A stretch of 64,000 nt of DNA from Lysobacteraceae bacterium (GCA_036404915.1 DASWYO010000014.1:7155-71154), one strand, 5' to 3'; shown: positions 1-9,420, numbered from the stretch's first letter. Notes: a model not told the origin generated them from the letters alone. Numbers and translations: made by a program.

Positions 1-1
1 A

Positions 2-1378
2 CTGGCATGGGTGCGTTCCAGGCCGCACGACGACGACGACGCGTGGGCCGACGAGGATGAAGACGACACGGATGTCGGCAACGATGGTGCCGATGCCGAG
101 TACAACGATGAAGGCGACAGGGAAGGAGTCCATGCCCCGGATCCTGTCCTAGGCGAGGTCATGTCGTCGTTGCAGCCCTCTCGTGCCGACGCGATTCCGG
201 ACAGCGACGCGGAGACGACGCAGGTCGACGATGCGGTCGTCTTCGACCATGGCGACTTCTTCGACACCTGCTTCCAGCTCGCCTCCGATGGTGCGGAGGG
301 CGAACTGCGCCGCTGGCTCGATGCACAGCCGATCCTCTGGTCGCTCGCGCACAAGACGCAGATCGGCCACTGGCTGCTGCAGGCCATGCACCATCGCCAG
401 CCGCCGATGGCGTCATCGCGCTTCGACCTGCTGATGGACTACTTCGGCCTGATCGACCTGCGCAACGCTTACGACACCTATTACCTGCAGCGTCTGCGCC
501 ACCGGCTGCAGATCGCCTGGGAACTGAAGACCTCGCAGTTGCGCGCACTGGCGGAACGCACCGCCGACGAGGGCACCAGCGTCACGGCGGCGGTACGACA
601 GGTACGACGCATCCTGCGCGACCTGTCGCGACCCTTCGACTGGCCCCGCGCGCTGCTCTCGGCGCTGATGCCGATGTACCCGACGGCGGTGCGTCGCTTC
701 CTGTACAGGCTCGACCTTGGCCAGCTCGATCAGCTGCCACCGCCGATCGAGCCGGAGCAGGTCGCATTCTGGGACGCCGCCTCGGACCGCACGCGGCTGA
801 CGCGGCAGCGACTGGCCGTGGTGGCCTCCCGTGTGGCGGCCTATGCCGCCGTGGTCACGCTGCTGTACTTCGGCCTCGCAGTGCTGATCGGGCAAGGCGA
901 CGCGTCCGTCGGCGCCGTGGCCCTGGCCTCGATTCCGCTGGCGAGCGTCGCGGTCTTCTCCGCGCTGGCGATGAGCGCGGCCTGGGGGCTGTGGACGGGC
1001 TACGCCATGTTCTCGGCATGGCAATCGCGCGAGGACGAGTCCGACGAGCCTCGGCCGATGCTGCGGCGCTTCGCGATCCCGGCGCTGCTGGCCGTCGCCC
1101 TCGCGATCGTGTGGACCCGGCCCGAGGGCTGGATCGGCGGTGCGGGTGGTGTGCTGCTGATGGCGACGGCGCTGGCGGCATGGTCGCGGCATCGCGAACG
1201 CAGCGGTCCGCCGCTCGGCCCGCATCTGGGCTACTGGCGCGTGTTCGTCCTGTTCGTCATCGTGCGCGCGATCGGCGCGGATCTGGGCTGGATGAACGAT
1301 GCCCGGTTGTTCGGCAGCATCGCCGGGCTCGCGCTGTTCATCTGGGCGAAGGACCTGTGGCACCAGCGCAGCACATGA
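2..1378 (+). CDS. 5'-truncated membrane protein, probably the C-terminal part of a J-domain (DnaJ-like) co-chaperone
   Basis: Frame is open from the window edge (LAWVRSR...). An acidic linker and helical region lead to about 6 C-terminal hydrophobic segments. The J domain itself is not visible, so the family call is inferred. Confidence 0.45.
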   Translation: MAWVRSRPHDDDDAWADEDEDDTDVGNDGADAEYNDEGDREGVHAPDPVLGEVMSSLQPSRADAIPDSDAETTQVDDAVVFDHGDFFDTCFQLASDGAEGELRRWLDAQPILWSLAHKTQIGHWLLQAMHHRQPPMASSRFDLLMDYFGLIDLRNAYDTYYLQRLRHRLQIAWELKTSQLRALAERTADEGTSVTAAVRQVRRILRDLSRPFDWPRALLSALMPMYPTAVRRFLYRLDLGQLDQLPPPIEPEQVAFWDAASDRTRLTRQRLAVVASRVAAYAAVVTLLYFGLAVLIGQGDASVGAVALASIPLASVAVFSALAMSAAWGLWTGYAMFSAWQSREDESDEPRPMLRRFAIPALLAVALAIVWTRPEGWIGGAGGVLLMATALAAWSRHRERSGPPLGPHLGYWRVFVLFVIVRAIGADLGWMNDARLFGSIAGLALFIWAKDLWHQRST

Positions 1379-1519
1379 ACCGGCTGAACCCCGCCCGCAC
1401 GACGCGACGAAGGCGTAGGATGACCCTGCCCGTTCTGCTGCGCGGATCACACCGGTCGTCATGATGCGACGCTAAGGTGCACGATCCTCCCGCATGCCCC
1501 CGATGACCCGGAGACCCTC

Positions 1520-2038
1520 ATGGCCATCTTCCAGTCCAGCCCGAGCAAGAAAGACCCGCCACCTGCCCCGACGCCCGAGCCCGCGCGCCCCGCTCCGCCG
1601 CCGCAGCAGGCCAACACCGATTTTTCGCCGGCCACCTTCCCGCGCACCGATGCCGCGCCCGCCGCGAAGGAGTCCGTGATCGCCGCCGACCTCACCATCG
1701 AAGGCAAGATCGAAGGCGCCGGCAACGTGCGCATCGCCGGTCGTTTCAAGGGCGACGTCAACGTGCAGGGCGACCTCACGCTGGAACGGGGCGCCAAGCT
1801 CAAGGGCGTGATCCGCGCCAAGAAGGTCGTGATGGCCGGCGAGCTGGAAGGCAACATCGAAGCCGCCGCGCGCGTCGAACTGCTCGAATCCGCCGCACTG
1901 ATCGGCGACATCAAGGCCGGCACGCTCACCGTCGCCGCCGGCTGCAAGATCCGCGGCCACATCGACTGCGGCTGGGAAAATTCGGCACCGAAAGCCGCCG
2001 CAGCCGCATCGCCCAAGGTCGAGCCGCCCGCCGAATGA
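1520..2038 (+). CDS. Bactofilin (polymer-forming cytoskeletal protein, CcmA family)
   Basis: SVIAADLTIEGKIEGAGNVRIAGRFKGDV...VVMAGELEGNI...LIGDI beta-helix repeats; Pro-rich N-terminus. Confidence 0.9.
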   Translation: MAIFQSSPSKKDPPPAPTPEPARPAPPPQQANTDFSPATFPRTDAAPAAKESVIAADLTIEGKIEGAGNVRIAGRFKGDVNVQGDLTLERGAKLKGVIRAKKVVMAGELEGNIEAAARVELLESAALIGDIKAGTLTVAAGCKIRGHIDCGWENSAPKAAAAASPKVEPPAE

Positions 2039-2388
2039 CCACGCGACCGGGCACCGCGGGCGCCACCCGCGCGTGCCCGCACTGCAAGGCGACCATTCTC
2101 GAAAGCGCGGCGATCTGTCCCGCGTGCAAGCACTACCTGCGCTTCGACGGCGACGCCAACGCGGCCACGCCGCTGCAGGTGCCCTTGCAGGTGGAAGGCA
2201 CGATCCGCCATCCCGCCGATGGCGAACCCTGGGAGTATTCGGTGGTGATCGCGATCCGGGACGAACGCGGCCACGAGATCGCGCGCCACGTCGTCGGCGT
2301 CGGCGCATTGCATGCCGGCGACGAGCGCAGCATCAGCCTGTCGGTGGAAGTGTTCGAGGCGAAGGGCGCGAAGTCGCGCAAGCACTGA
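2035..2388 (+). CDS. Zinc-ribbon protein with a C-terminal beta-sandwich-like domain
   Basis: CPHC-x10-CPAC motif; ATGA overlap with the bactofilin stop codon. Confidence 0.7.
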   Translation: MTTRPGTAGATRACPHCKATILESAAICPACKHYLRFDGDANAATPLQVPLQVEGTIRHPADGEPWEYSVVIAIRDERGHEIARHVVGVGALHAGDERSISLSVEVFEAKGAKSRKH

Positions 2389-2440
2389 TCCACACGCGGC
2401 AGCGCTTGACCCGGGATCGCGGGGATGATGCGATCCACGC

Positions 2441-2854
2441 ATGAACCCGCTCGTCCTCGATCGCAGGATCGACACACCGCCCGGCTACGTCGAACGCGAC
2501 TGCAGACTCGTCTCGTACCGCATGCCGCTCTGCCGGCACTGCTTCGTGCTCTGCCACGACCCGTCAGGCGAGCACCCGTCGATCGACTACACGGTCATGG
2601 ATTTCTTCATGGGCGAGACCCACGCCCTGTCGCGGAAGATCACCGGCAACCCGCACTCCTTCGTCGCCATCCACAGCGGCGGCTTCGTCCGCAAGCGGCC
2701 GAACTTGCACATGCATGTCTTCGTGATCGAACGGCGCTGGCAGAAGGCGTGGCTGTATCTGCTGCTGGCGACGATCCATACGACATCGACGGCATTCAGA
2801 GCCATCAGACGGCTGCTTCGCATCGTTCCCGTGCGTCGACGCGCTGCGGGCTGA
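2441..2854 (+). CDS. Hypothetical protein with a degenerate HIT-like motif
   Basis: FVAIHSGG...NLHMHVFVI resembles HxHxHxx with the first His replaced; hydrophobic and basic C-terminal tail. Confidence 0.5.
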   Translation: MNPLVLDRRIDTPPGYVERDCRLVSYRMPLCRHCFVLCHDPSGEHPSIDYTVMDFFMGETHALSRKITGNPHSFVAIHSGGFVRKRPNLHMHVFVIERRWQKAWLYLLLATIHTTSTAFRAIRRLLRIVPVRRRAAG

Positions 2855-2866
2855 CGCCGGGATCCT

Positions 2867-3130
2867 CTACGGCAGCCGCTTGCGATTGTCGTCGTCGCAC
2901 CCCGAACACCCGCCGCACCCGTCCGCAGATGTGTTCGACGCTGGCGCGATCTTCCGGCCCGCCGCCCGCATCCACCCAGGCCGCCCCTCACGCACCAGCG
3001 GCAGCGCGATGGCGACGCGCAGGCGGCGGGCGGCGTTCGGCGCCTGCTTGCGGAACACCACCCAGACGCTGACCAGCACCGCCACCGCGATCACGATGTA
3101 CTGCAGCGCGAGCGACAGCGAGGCATCCAT
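2867..3130 (-). CDS. FeoB-associated Cys-rich small membrane protein (DUF6587-like)
   Basis: N-terminal TM helix, C-terminal GCGGCSGC, directly downstream of feoB. Confidence 0.8.
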   Translation of the reverse strand: MDASLSLALQYIVIAVAVLVSVWVVFRKQAPNAARRLRVAIALPLVREGRPGWMRAAGRKIAPASNTSADGCGGCSGCDDDNRKRLP

Positions 3131-3131
3131 G

Positions 3132-5033
3132 TCAGTCGGCGCCGAGTGCGACCGCGACCTGGTAGGTCAGCAGCGAGGCGAGGTAGGCCAGCGCGAACAG
3201 GTAGAACGTGGCGAAACCCATCTGCTTCCACGAGTTGGTCTCGCGCTTGATCGTGGCCAGCGTGGAGATGCACATCGGAGCGTAGATGTACCAGACCAGC
3301 AGCGACAGCGCGGTGGCGAGCGACCAGTCCTGGGCGAGCAGCGGCGTCAGCGCATCGGCTGCGGCGGCATCGTCGGCTGCGGACAGCGCATACACCGTGG
3401 CCAGCGACGACACCGCGACTTCGCGCGCGGCCAGGCCCGGGATCAGCGCGATGCAGATCTGCCAGTTGAAGCCCAGCGGCGAGAACACCGCGGTCATGGC
3501 ATGGCCGATGCGTCCGGCGAAGCTGTAGTCGATGGCCGGACCCACGGCGTCGGCCGGCGGACCCGGGAAATTCAGCAGGAACCACAGCAGGATGGTCAGC
3601 GCGAGGATGATGCCGCCGACGCGCTTGAGGAAGATCACTGCGCGTTCCCACAGACCGATCAGCAGGTCGCGCGGATGCGGCATGCGGTACGACGGCAGTT
3701 CCAGCAGCAGGGCGTGTTCGCCGCTCTCGCCGGAGGATTTCCAGCGACGCCAGCGCTTCATCACCGTGGCCACCAGCAACGCGCTGAGGATCGCCGCGAC
3801 GTACAGGCCGAACAGCACCAGGCCCTGCAGGTTGAACAGGCCGCCGACTTCGCGGTTCGGGATGAACGCGGCGATCAGCAGTGCATACACTGGCAGGCGC
3901 GCCGAGCAGGTCATCAGCGGCGCGACCAGGATGGTGGCAATGCGGTCGCGCGGATCCTGGATGCTGCGCGTGGCCATGATGCCCGGCACCGCGCAGGCGA
4001 AAGACGACAGCAATGGGATGAAGCTGCGCCCGGACAGGCCAGCCTTGAACATCAGCCGGTCGAGCAGGAAGGCCGCGCGCGGCAGGTAGCCGGTTTCTTC
4101 CAGCGCGAGGATGAAGGCGAACAGGATCAGGATCTGCGGCAGGAAGATGATCACGCCGCCGAGCCCGGCGATGATGCCGTCGACGACGAGGCTTCTGAGC
4201 GGGCCGTCGGGCATCGAGGCACCGGCGAGTTCGCCGAGCCAGCCGGTGCCGGCGTCGATCGCGTCCATCAGCGGCGTCGCCCAGGCATACACGGCCTGGA
4301 AGATCAGGAACATCACCACGGCCAGGGTCAGCAGGCCGGCGACCGGATGCAGCAGCCAGCGGTCGAGCGCATCGTCCACGCGCGCGGTGCGCTCGGGCAT
4401 GCGCACGGCCAGTTCGAGCAGACGGCGGGTTTCGGCATGCAGCGCGTCCTCGACGCGCGCTGCGGCATCGGCATGGTCGGGCATGCGCCGTTCCGGCGGA
4501 TGCAGGCGATCGGCCATCCCGTCGAGCTGCGCCAGCAGCGCGCGACCGCCGTCGCGGCGCACCGCCACGGTTTCGACCACCGGCACGCCCAGCTCGCGCT
4601 GCAGCGCATCGAGGTCGATCTCGATGCCGCGACGCTTCGCGGCATCCATCATGTTCACGGCAAGCACCATCGGCTTGCCGAGCTCGCGCACTTCCAGCGC
4701 GAAGCGCAGGTGCAGGCGCAGGTTGGTGGCGTCGACCACGCAGACCAGCAGGTCCGGCGCCGGTTCGCCCGGATAGAAGCCGCGACAGATGTCGCGGGTG
4801 ACGGCTTCGTCCAGACTCGCGGCGTGGAAGCTGTAGGCGCCGGGCAGATCGAGCAGGGTCAGGCGGCGGCCGGCCGGCGTCTGCAGGCGACCTTCCTTGC
4901 GCTCGACGGTCACGCCGGCGTAGTTCGCGACCTTCTGGCGGCTGCCGGTGAGCAGGTTGAACAGCGCGGTCTTGCCGCAGTTCGGGTTGCCCACCAGCGC
5001 AAGGCGCAGGGACTTTGCGACGGCCTCGGTCAT
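3132..5033 (-). CDS. feoB: Ferrous iron transporter B
   Basis: GNPNCGKT, NYAGVTVE, DLPGAYS and NMMD G-motifs followed by a multi-TM domain. Confidence 0.97.
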   Translation of the reverse strand: MTEAVAKSLRLALVGNPNCGKTALFNLLTGSRQKVANYAGVTVERKEGRLQTPAGRRLTLLDLPGAYSFHAASLDEAVTRDICRGFYPGEPAPDLLVCVVDATNLRLHLRFALEVRELGKPMVLAVNMMDAAKRRGIEIDLDALQRELGVPVVETVAVRRDGGRALLAQLDGMADRLHPPERRMPDHADAAARVEDALHAETRRLLELAVRMPERTARVDDALDRWLLHPVAGLLTLAVVMFLIFQAVYAWATPLMDAIDAGTGWLGELAGASMPDGPLRSLVVDGIIAGLGGVIIFLPQILILFAFILALEETGYLPRAAFLLDRLMFKAGLSGRSFIPLLSSFACAVPGIMATRSIQDPRDRIATILVAPLMTCSARLPVYALLIAAFIPNREVGGLFNLQGLVLFGLYVAAILSALLVATVMKRWRRWKSSGESGEHALLLELPSYRMPHPRDLLIGLWERAVIFLKRVGGIILALTILLWFLLNFPGPPADAVGPAIDYSFAGRIGHAMTAVFSPLGFNWQICIALIPGLAAREVAVSSLATVYALSAADDAAAADALTPLLAQDWSLATALSLLVWYIYAPMCISTLATIKRETNSWKQMGFATFYLFALAYLASLLTYQVAVALGAD

Positions 5034-5275
5034 GCGCGGGCCTCCGCGCGGAGGCGCACGCGATCGGCTTCGGCACGGCGCAGCGCGAAACGGGTGAAGC
5101 CGACCTGCACCAGCAGGGGCTCGGCGCCGAACGGCCCGGCCGCCACGATCTCCACCCGTTCGCCGGCGATGAAGCCCAGCTCGCGCAGGCGGCGCGCGAT
5201 GGCGTCGTTCGCCGAGAGGTCGAGCACCTCCTCGACGAAGGCGGCGGTGCGGTGCGGCAGATCGGTCAACTTCAC
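5030..5275 (-). CDS. feoA: Ferrous iron transport protein A
   Basis: RRLRELGF..GERV...GPFGAEPLLVQVGFTRFALRRAEA; GTG start at 5275 chosen. Confidence 0.92.
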   Translation of the reverse strand: MKLTDLPHRTAAFVEEVLDLSANDAIARRLRELGFIAGERVEIVAAGPFGAEPLLVQVGFTRFALRRAEADRVRLRAEARA

Positions 5276-5297
5276 GCCCGGTTCCTGTGCGCTTGCC

Positions 5298-5318
5298 AAA
5301 TGGGAATTGTTCTCAATT
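5298..5318. promoter_or_regulatory. Probable Fur box upstream of feoAB
   Basis: AAATGGGAATTGTTCTCAATT, an imperfect AT-rich palindrome resembling AATGAGAATnATTCTCATT, just upstream of feoA. Confidence 0.75.
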
Positions 5319-5468
5319 GTATACCAGCTCCGGCGGCCCCGGGCCGATCCGGTCGGCAGCCTGCCCGACAACGGTGCGATCCATGGGCGTCGGCATGCCG
5401 GATACCGAAACGAATGGCGGGGGCGAGCGGATATCATTCACGCCTGTCGATTGAATCAGGGACCCGGC

Positions 5469-6251
5469 ATGACCGATTCGCTGCAGCACCATCGCAATGG
5501 ACCCGTGGTCCACCTCCGCCTGCACCGCCCCGACCTGCACAACGCGTTCGACGCCGACCTGATCGACACCCTGACCTCCGCCCTCGTCGCCATCGGCGAC
5601 GACACCTCGGTGCGCGTGGTGGTCCTCGAAGGCGCCGGGCCGAGCTTTTCCGCCGGCGCCGACCTGAACTGGATGCGCGGCATGGCCGGCGCCAGCGAGG
5701 CCGAGAACCGCACCGACGCCCTCGCCCTCGCCCGCCTGATGCGCACCCTCGACGAACTGCCGCGTCCGACCATCGCCCGCGTCCACGGCGCGGCCTTCGG
5801 CGGCGGCGTCGGCCTGGTGGCCTGCTGCGACATCGCCATCGGCGCGCCGGAAGCGAAGTTCGGCCTGACCGAAAGCAAGCTCGGCCTGCTGCCGGCGGTG
5901 ATCTCGCCCTACGTGATCGAAGCCATCGGCGCGCGCCAGGCGCGGCGCTGGTTCGCCACCGCCGAGGTCTTCGATGCCGCCGAAGCGCTGCGCATCGGCC
6001 TGCTGCACGCGGTGGTGCCGGCCGAGGAACTCGACGCGGCCGTGAAGCGCCAGGTCGACCTGCTGCTGAAGGCCGGGCCGGTGGCGTCCAACGAGGCCAA
6101 GGCGCTGGTGCGCCGCATCGCCGCCGAACACGACCGCAACCGCCTCGACAGCGACAACGCCGACCTGATCGCCCGGCTGCGCGTCTCGCCGGAAGGCCAG
6201 GAAGGCCTGGGCGCCTTCCTCGACAAGCGCAAGCCCGGCTGGATCGCCTGA
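5469..6251 (+). CDS. liuC: Enoyl-CoA hydratase family, probable methylglutaconyl-CoA hydratase
   Basis: HNAFD, FSAGADLNWM, AFGGGVGLVACCD, FGLTESKLG; context with MCC alpha subunit and HMG-CoA lyase. Confidence 0.88.
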   Translation: MTDSLQHHRNGPVVHLRLHRPDLHNAFDADLIDTLTSALVAIGDDTSVRVVVLEGAGPSFSAGADLNWMRGMAGASEAENRTDALALARLMRTLDELPRPTIARVHGAAFGGGVGLVACCDIAIGAPEAKFGLTESKLGLLPAVISPYVIEAIGARQARRWFATAEVFDAAEALRIGLLHAVVPAEELDAAVKRQVDLLLKAGPVASNEAKALVRRIAAEHDRNRLDSDNADLIARLRVSPEGQEGLGAFLDKRKPGWIA

Positions 6252-6296
6252 ACCGGCCCGGTGAACACGCCCAGTGAACCAGGAAGGAACCCCGAC

Positions 6297-6806
6297 ATGA
6301 CCACGCCCATCCTCAACCTCGACGCGGTCGAACTGATCGACTTGGCCGAACGCGCACGGCAGCGCGGCACGACGATGCCCGAAGGCCGCTTCGGCGGCCG
6401 CATCGGTTCGATCTCGCCCCTCGTCGGTGCGCGCAAGCTCGGCTACAACCTCACCGTGATCGACCCGGGCAAGGCCGCCTTCCCCAAACACAGCCACCGC
6501 GCCAACGAAGAGATGTTCTTCGTCGTCGAAGGCACCGGCGAACTGCGCCTGGGCGATGCGGTGCATCCGGTCCGCGCCGGCGACGTGATCGCCTGCCCGC
6601 CCGGCGGCCCCGAGACCGCGCACCAGCTCGTGAACACCAGCGACGCTGCACTGAAGGTGCTGGCGGTGAGCACGATGGAATACCCCGAGATCTGCGAATA
6701 CCCCGACTCCGGCAAGTTCCTCGCCAGCAGCGGCTTCCAGCCCGGCGATTTCCGCCACATCGGCCGCCCCGCTGATGGCCTCGATTACTGGGATGGCGAA
6801 GCGTGA
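6297..6806 (+). CDS. Cupin domain protein
   Basis: PKHSHRANEEMFFVVEG and GDVIACPPG..TAHQLVN cupin motifs. Confidence 0.88.
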   Translation: MTTPILNLDAVELIDLAERARQRGTTMPEGRFGGRIGSISPLVGARKLGYNLTVIDPGKAAFPKHSHRANEEMFFVVEGTGELRLGDAVHPVRAGDVIACPPGGPETAHQLVNTSDAALKVLAVSTMEYPEICEYPDSGKFLASSGFQPGDFRHIGRPADGLDYWDGEA

Positions 6807-6833
6807 TGCTGCATGAGGCCGCACCGCTCTTCA

Positions 6834-6871
6834 CCCTCCCCTTCAAGGGAAGGGCCGGGGTGGGGATGGGT
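6834..6871 (+). repeat. Left arm of the 38-bp inverted repeat flanking the DUF559 gene
   Basis: CCCTCCCCTTCAAGGGAAGGGCCGGGGTGGGGATGGGT; matches the reverse complement of 7274-7311 at 35/38 positions; contains an internal hairpin. Confidence 0.92.
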
Positions 6872-6913
6872 TTGCTTGCTGCGGAAAGACGCTCGGGAAA
6901 CCAGGACAGCCGG

Positions 6914-7378
6914 ATGGAAGGACAAACCAGCCAATCGATCCAGCGAAACAAGCTTCAGCGCAATCTGCGCAAGCACATGACCGATGCGGAACAGGCGCTC
7001 TGGCGCATCCTCCGTCATCGCCAACTCGATGGCTGGAAATTCCGCCGCCAGCATCCATACAGCGACTACATCCTCGATTTCGTCTGTCTGGAACGTCAGC
7101 TGGTCATCGAGGTGGATGGCGGCCAGCACGCGGAATCGGATTCGGACGCGCGGCGCGACGCCAAACTCGCCGCAGCAGGTTTCACGGTGCTGCGTTTCTG
7201 GAATCACGATGTCCTTGCCGACATCCACGCAGTTGGCGACGAAATTCTTCGTCAACTGAAATCCACCACCGCACCCCATCCCCACCCCGACCCTCCCCTT
7301 GAAGGGGAGGGAGACAAGCTCGGGCACCTCAACCCTCTCGCCTCGTCCCGTGGCGGGCACAGCATGAGCGGCACCTGA
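6914..7378 (+). CDS. DUF559 / very-short-patch-repair-like endonuclease
   Basis: LRKHMTDAEQALW, FRRQHP..DYILDFVC, LVIEVDGGQH, DARRDAKL..GFTVLRFWN; ATG at 6914 after AGGA. Confidence 0.92.
   Translation: MEGQTSQSIQRNKLQRNLRKHMTDAEQALWRILRHRQLDGWKFRRQHPYSDYILDFVCLERQLVIEVDGGQHAESDSDARRDAKLAAAGFTVLRFWNHDVLADIHAVGDEILRQLKSTTAPHPHPDPPLEGEGDKLGHLNPLASSRGGHSMSGT
7274..7311 (-). repeat. Right arm of the 38-bp inverted repeat
   Basis: CCCCATCCCCACCCCGACCCTCCCCTTGAAGGGGAGGG, lying inside the 3' end of the DUF559 ORF. Confidence 0.92.
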
Positions 7379-9420
7379 TGTTCTCCAAGATCCTCATCGC
7401 CAACCGCGGCGAAATCGCCTGCCGCGTCATCCGCACCTGCCGCAAGCTCGGCATCCGCACCGTTGCGGTGTATTCCGATGCCGATGCCGACGCGCAGCAC
7501 GTGCGCCAGGCCGACGAGGCGTACCGCATCGGTGGCGCGCGGCCGCAGGAGAGTTACCTGCTCGGCGACGTGATCCTCGAGGTCGCGAAGCAGAGCGGCG
7601 CGCAGGCCATCCATCCGGGCTACGGCTTCCTCAGCGAGAACGCGGATTTCGCCGATGCGGTGGAAGCGGCGGGCATCGTCTTCATCGGCCCCAAGGCGGC
7701 GTCGATGCGCAAGATGGGCAGCAAGGCCGGCGCCAAGCAGCTGATGCAGGCGGCCGGCGTGCCGGTGGTGCCGGGTTACACCGGCGAGGACCAGTCGCCC
7801 GACCTGCTGCAGCGCGAAGCCGACGCCATCGGCTATCCGCTGATGATCAAGGCCGCGCACGGTGGCGGCGGCAAGGGCATGCGCATCGTGCGCAGCAGCG
7901 CCGAATTCCTGCCGAACCTCGAAAGCTGCCAGCGCGAGGCGCGCAACGCCTTCGGTCGCGACCGCGTGCTGCTGGAGCGCTACGTCGAGAAGCCGCGCCA
8001 CATCGAGATCCAGATCTTCGGCGATGGCTTCGGCGAGGTGATCCACCTCAACGAGCGCGAATGCTCTGCACAGCGCCGCTACCAGAAGGTGCTGGAAGAA
8101 TCGCCGTCGGCCTTCCTGACGCAGGAGCTGCGGGAAGCGATGGGTGCGGCGGCGGTGCAGGCCGGCCACGCGATCGACTACCAGAACGCGGGCACCGTGG
8201 AGTTCATCGTCGGGCAGGACGGTGGCTTCTATTTCATGGAGATCAATACCCGCCTGCAGGTGGAGCATCCGGTCACCGAGTACGTGACAGGCCTCGACCT
8301 GGTCGAATGGCAGCTGCGCGTCGCCGCCGGCGAACGCCTGCCGAAGGCGCAGCACGAGATCGCGCAGCGCGGCCACGCCATCGAAGTGCGCCTCTACGCG
8401 GAAGATCCGGAAGCCGGCTTCCTGCCCGGCTCGGGCAAGCTCACACGCCTGCGCCTGCCCGCGCCCGATGCGCACACGCGCATCGATGGCGGCGTGGTCG
8501 AAGGCGACACCGTCACCATCTTCTACGACCCGATGATCGCCAAGCTGATCGTCTGGGACGAAGACCGTCCGCGCGCCCTCGCCCGCCTGCGCGACGCGCT
8601 GGCGCAGTGCACGATCGACGGGCCGAAATCGAACGTCGCCTTCCTCGAACGCCTGTGCCGCCACCCCACGGTCGTCGGCGCGACCATCGACACCGGCACG
8701 CTCGACCGCGACCTCGAAGACTTCATGCCCAAGCCGGCGGACCCGGCGCAGGTACGCCTGGCGCGCGCCGCAGCGGCCACGATCGCGCTGCTGCAGGAAG
8801 AGGCGCGCACCCGCGCCCGCGCCGCCGCCAGCAGCGACCCCACCTCGCCCTGGGCCAGCGCGGACGGCTGGCGCCTTGGCCACAGCGGCCAGCGCCGACT
8901 CGTGCTGGATGACGGCCAGCAGCGGCACACCGTCATCGCCCACGGCAGCGGCGGCGATTACCGACTCGAAGACGCCGACGGTCGCTGCGAAGTGCGCGGC
9001 GCACGCGTGTCAGACACTACGCTGGATGCGCGCTTCGACGGTGCGAGCCACCGCTTCCGCATCGATGCGCATGCCGATGCGGTGCAGCGTTCCGCATCCG
9101 GGAGCATGCAGCCCGTCGACGTGCACGACGGCGAGCGCCGCTGGCGCTTCGTCCGCGTGCCGGCCTACCAACCGGCCAGCGAGCAGGGCGGCAGCGCCAG
9201 CGACCGCGCGCTGGCGCCGATGCCGGGCCGGATCGTGCTGATCAAGGCGCAGGTCGGCGATGTCGTCGAACAGGGCCAGGAACTGCTGGTGATGGAGGCG
9301 ATGAAGATGGAGCTGTCGCTGAAGGCGCCCTGCGCCGGCGTGGTGAAGGAAGTGCGCGTCGCCGCCGGCGATTTCGTCGAAGCCGATGCGGCGCTGGTGC
9401 TGCTGGGCGCTGCGGAATGA
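7378..9420 (+). CDS. liuD: Methylcrotonyl-CoA carboxylase alpha subunit (biotin carboxylase plus biotin carrier)
   Basis: KILIANRGEIACRV, HPGYGFLSEN, GGGGKGMR, EAMKME biotinylation site. Confidence 0.92.
   Translation: MFSKILIANRGEIACRVIRTCRKLGIRTVAVYSDADADAQHVRQADEAYRIGGARPQESYLLGDVILEVAKQSGAQAIHPGYGFLSENADFADAVEAAGIVFIGPKAASMRKMGSKAGAKQLMQAAGVPVVPGYTGEDQSPDLLQREADAIGYPLMIKAAHGGGGKGMRIVRSSAEFLPNLESCQREARNAFGRDRVLLERYVEKPRHIEIQIFGDGFGEVIHLNERECSAQRRYQKVLEESPSAFLTQELREAMGAAAVQAGHAIDYQNAGTVEFIVGQDGGFYFMEINTRLQVEHPVTEYVTGLDLVEWQLRVAAGERLPKAQHEIAQRGHAIEVRLYAEDPEAGFLPGSGKLTRLRLPAPDAHTRIDGGVVEGDTVTIFYDPMIAKLIVWDEDRPRALARLRDALAQCTIDGPKSNVAFLERLCRHPTVVGATIDTGTLDRDLEDFMPKPADPAQVRLARAAAATIALLQEEARTRARAAASSDPTSPWASADGWRLGHSGQRRLVLDDGQQRHTVIAHGSGGDYRLEDADGRCEVRGARVSDTTLDARFDGASHRFRIDAHADAVQRSASGSMQPVDVHDGERRWRFVRVPAYQPASEQGGSASDRALAPMPGRIVLIKAQVGDVVEQGQELLVMEAMKMELSLKAPCAGVVKEVRVAAGDFVEADAALVLLGAAE

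Noticed and set aside
2880-5468. Long + strand ORF apparently fused to liuC, and similar giant antisense or alternate-frame ORFs (e.g. 17045-20656, 10642-13521, 33592-36348, 57253-60231)
   Set aside because: These are shadow frames of real high-GC genes with no motifs; stop codons are scarce because of GC3 bias
6803-6913. N-terminal extension of the DUF559 ORF (MMLHEAAP...)
   Set aside because: It is a translation of the left inverted repeat; the family-like sequence and an RBS begin at the ATG at 6914
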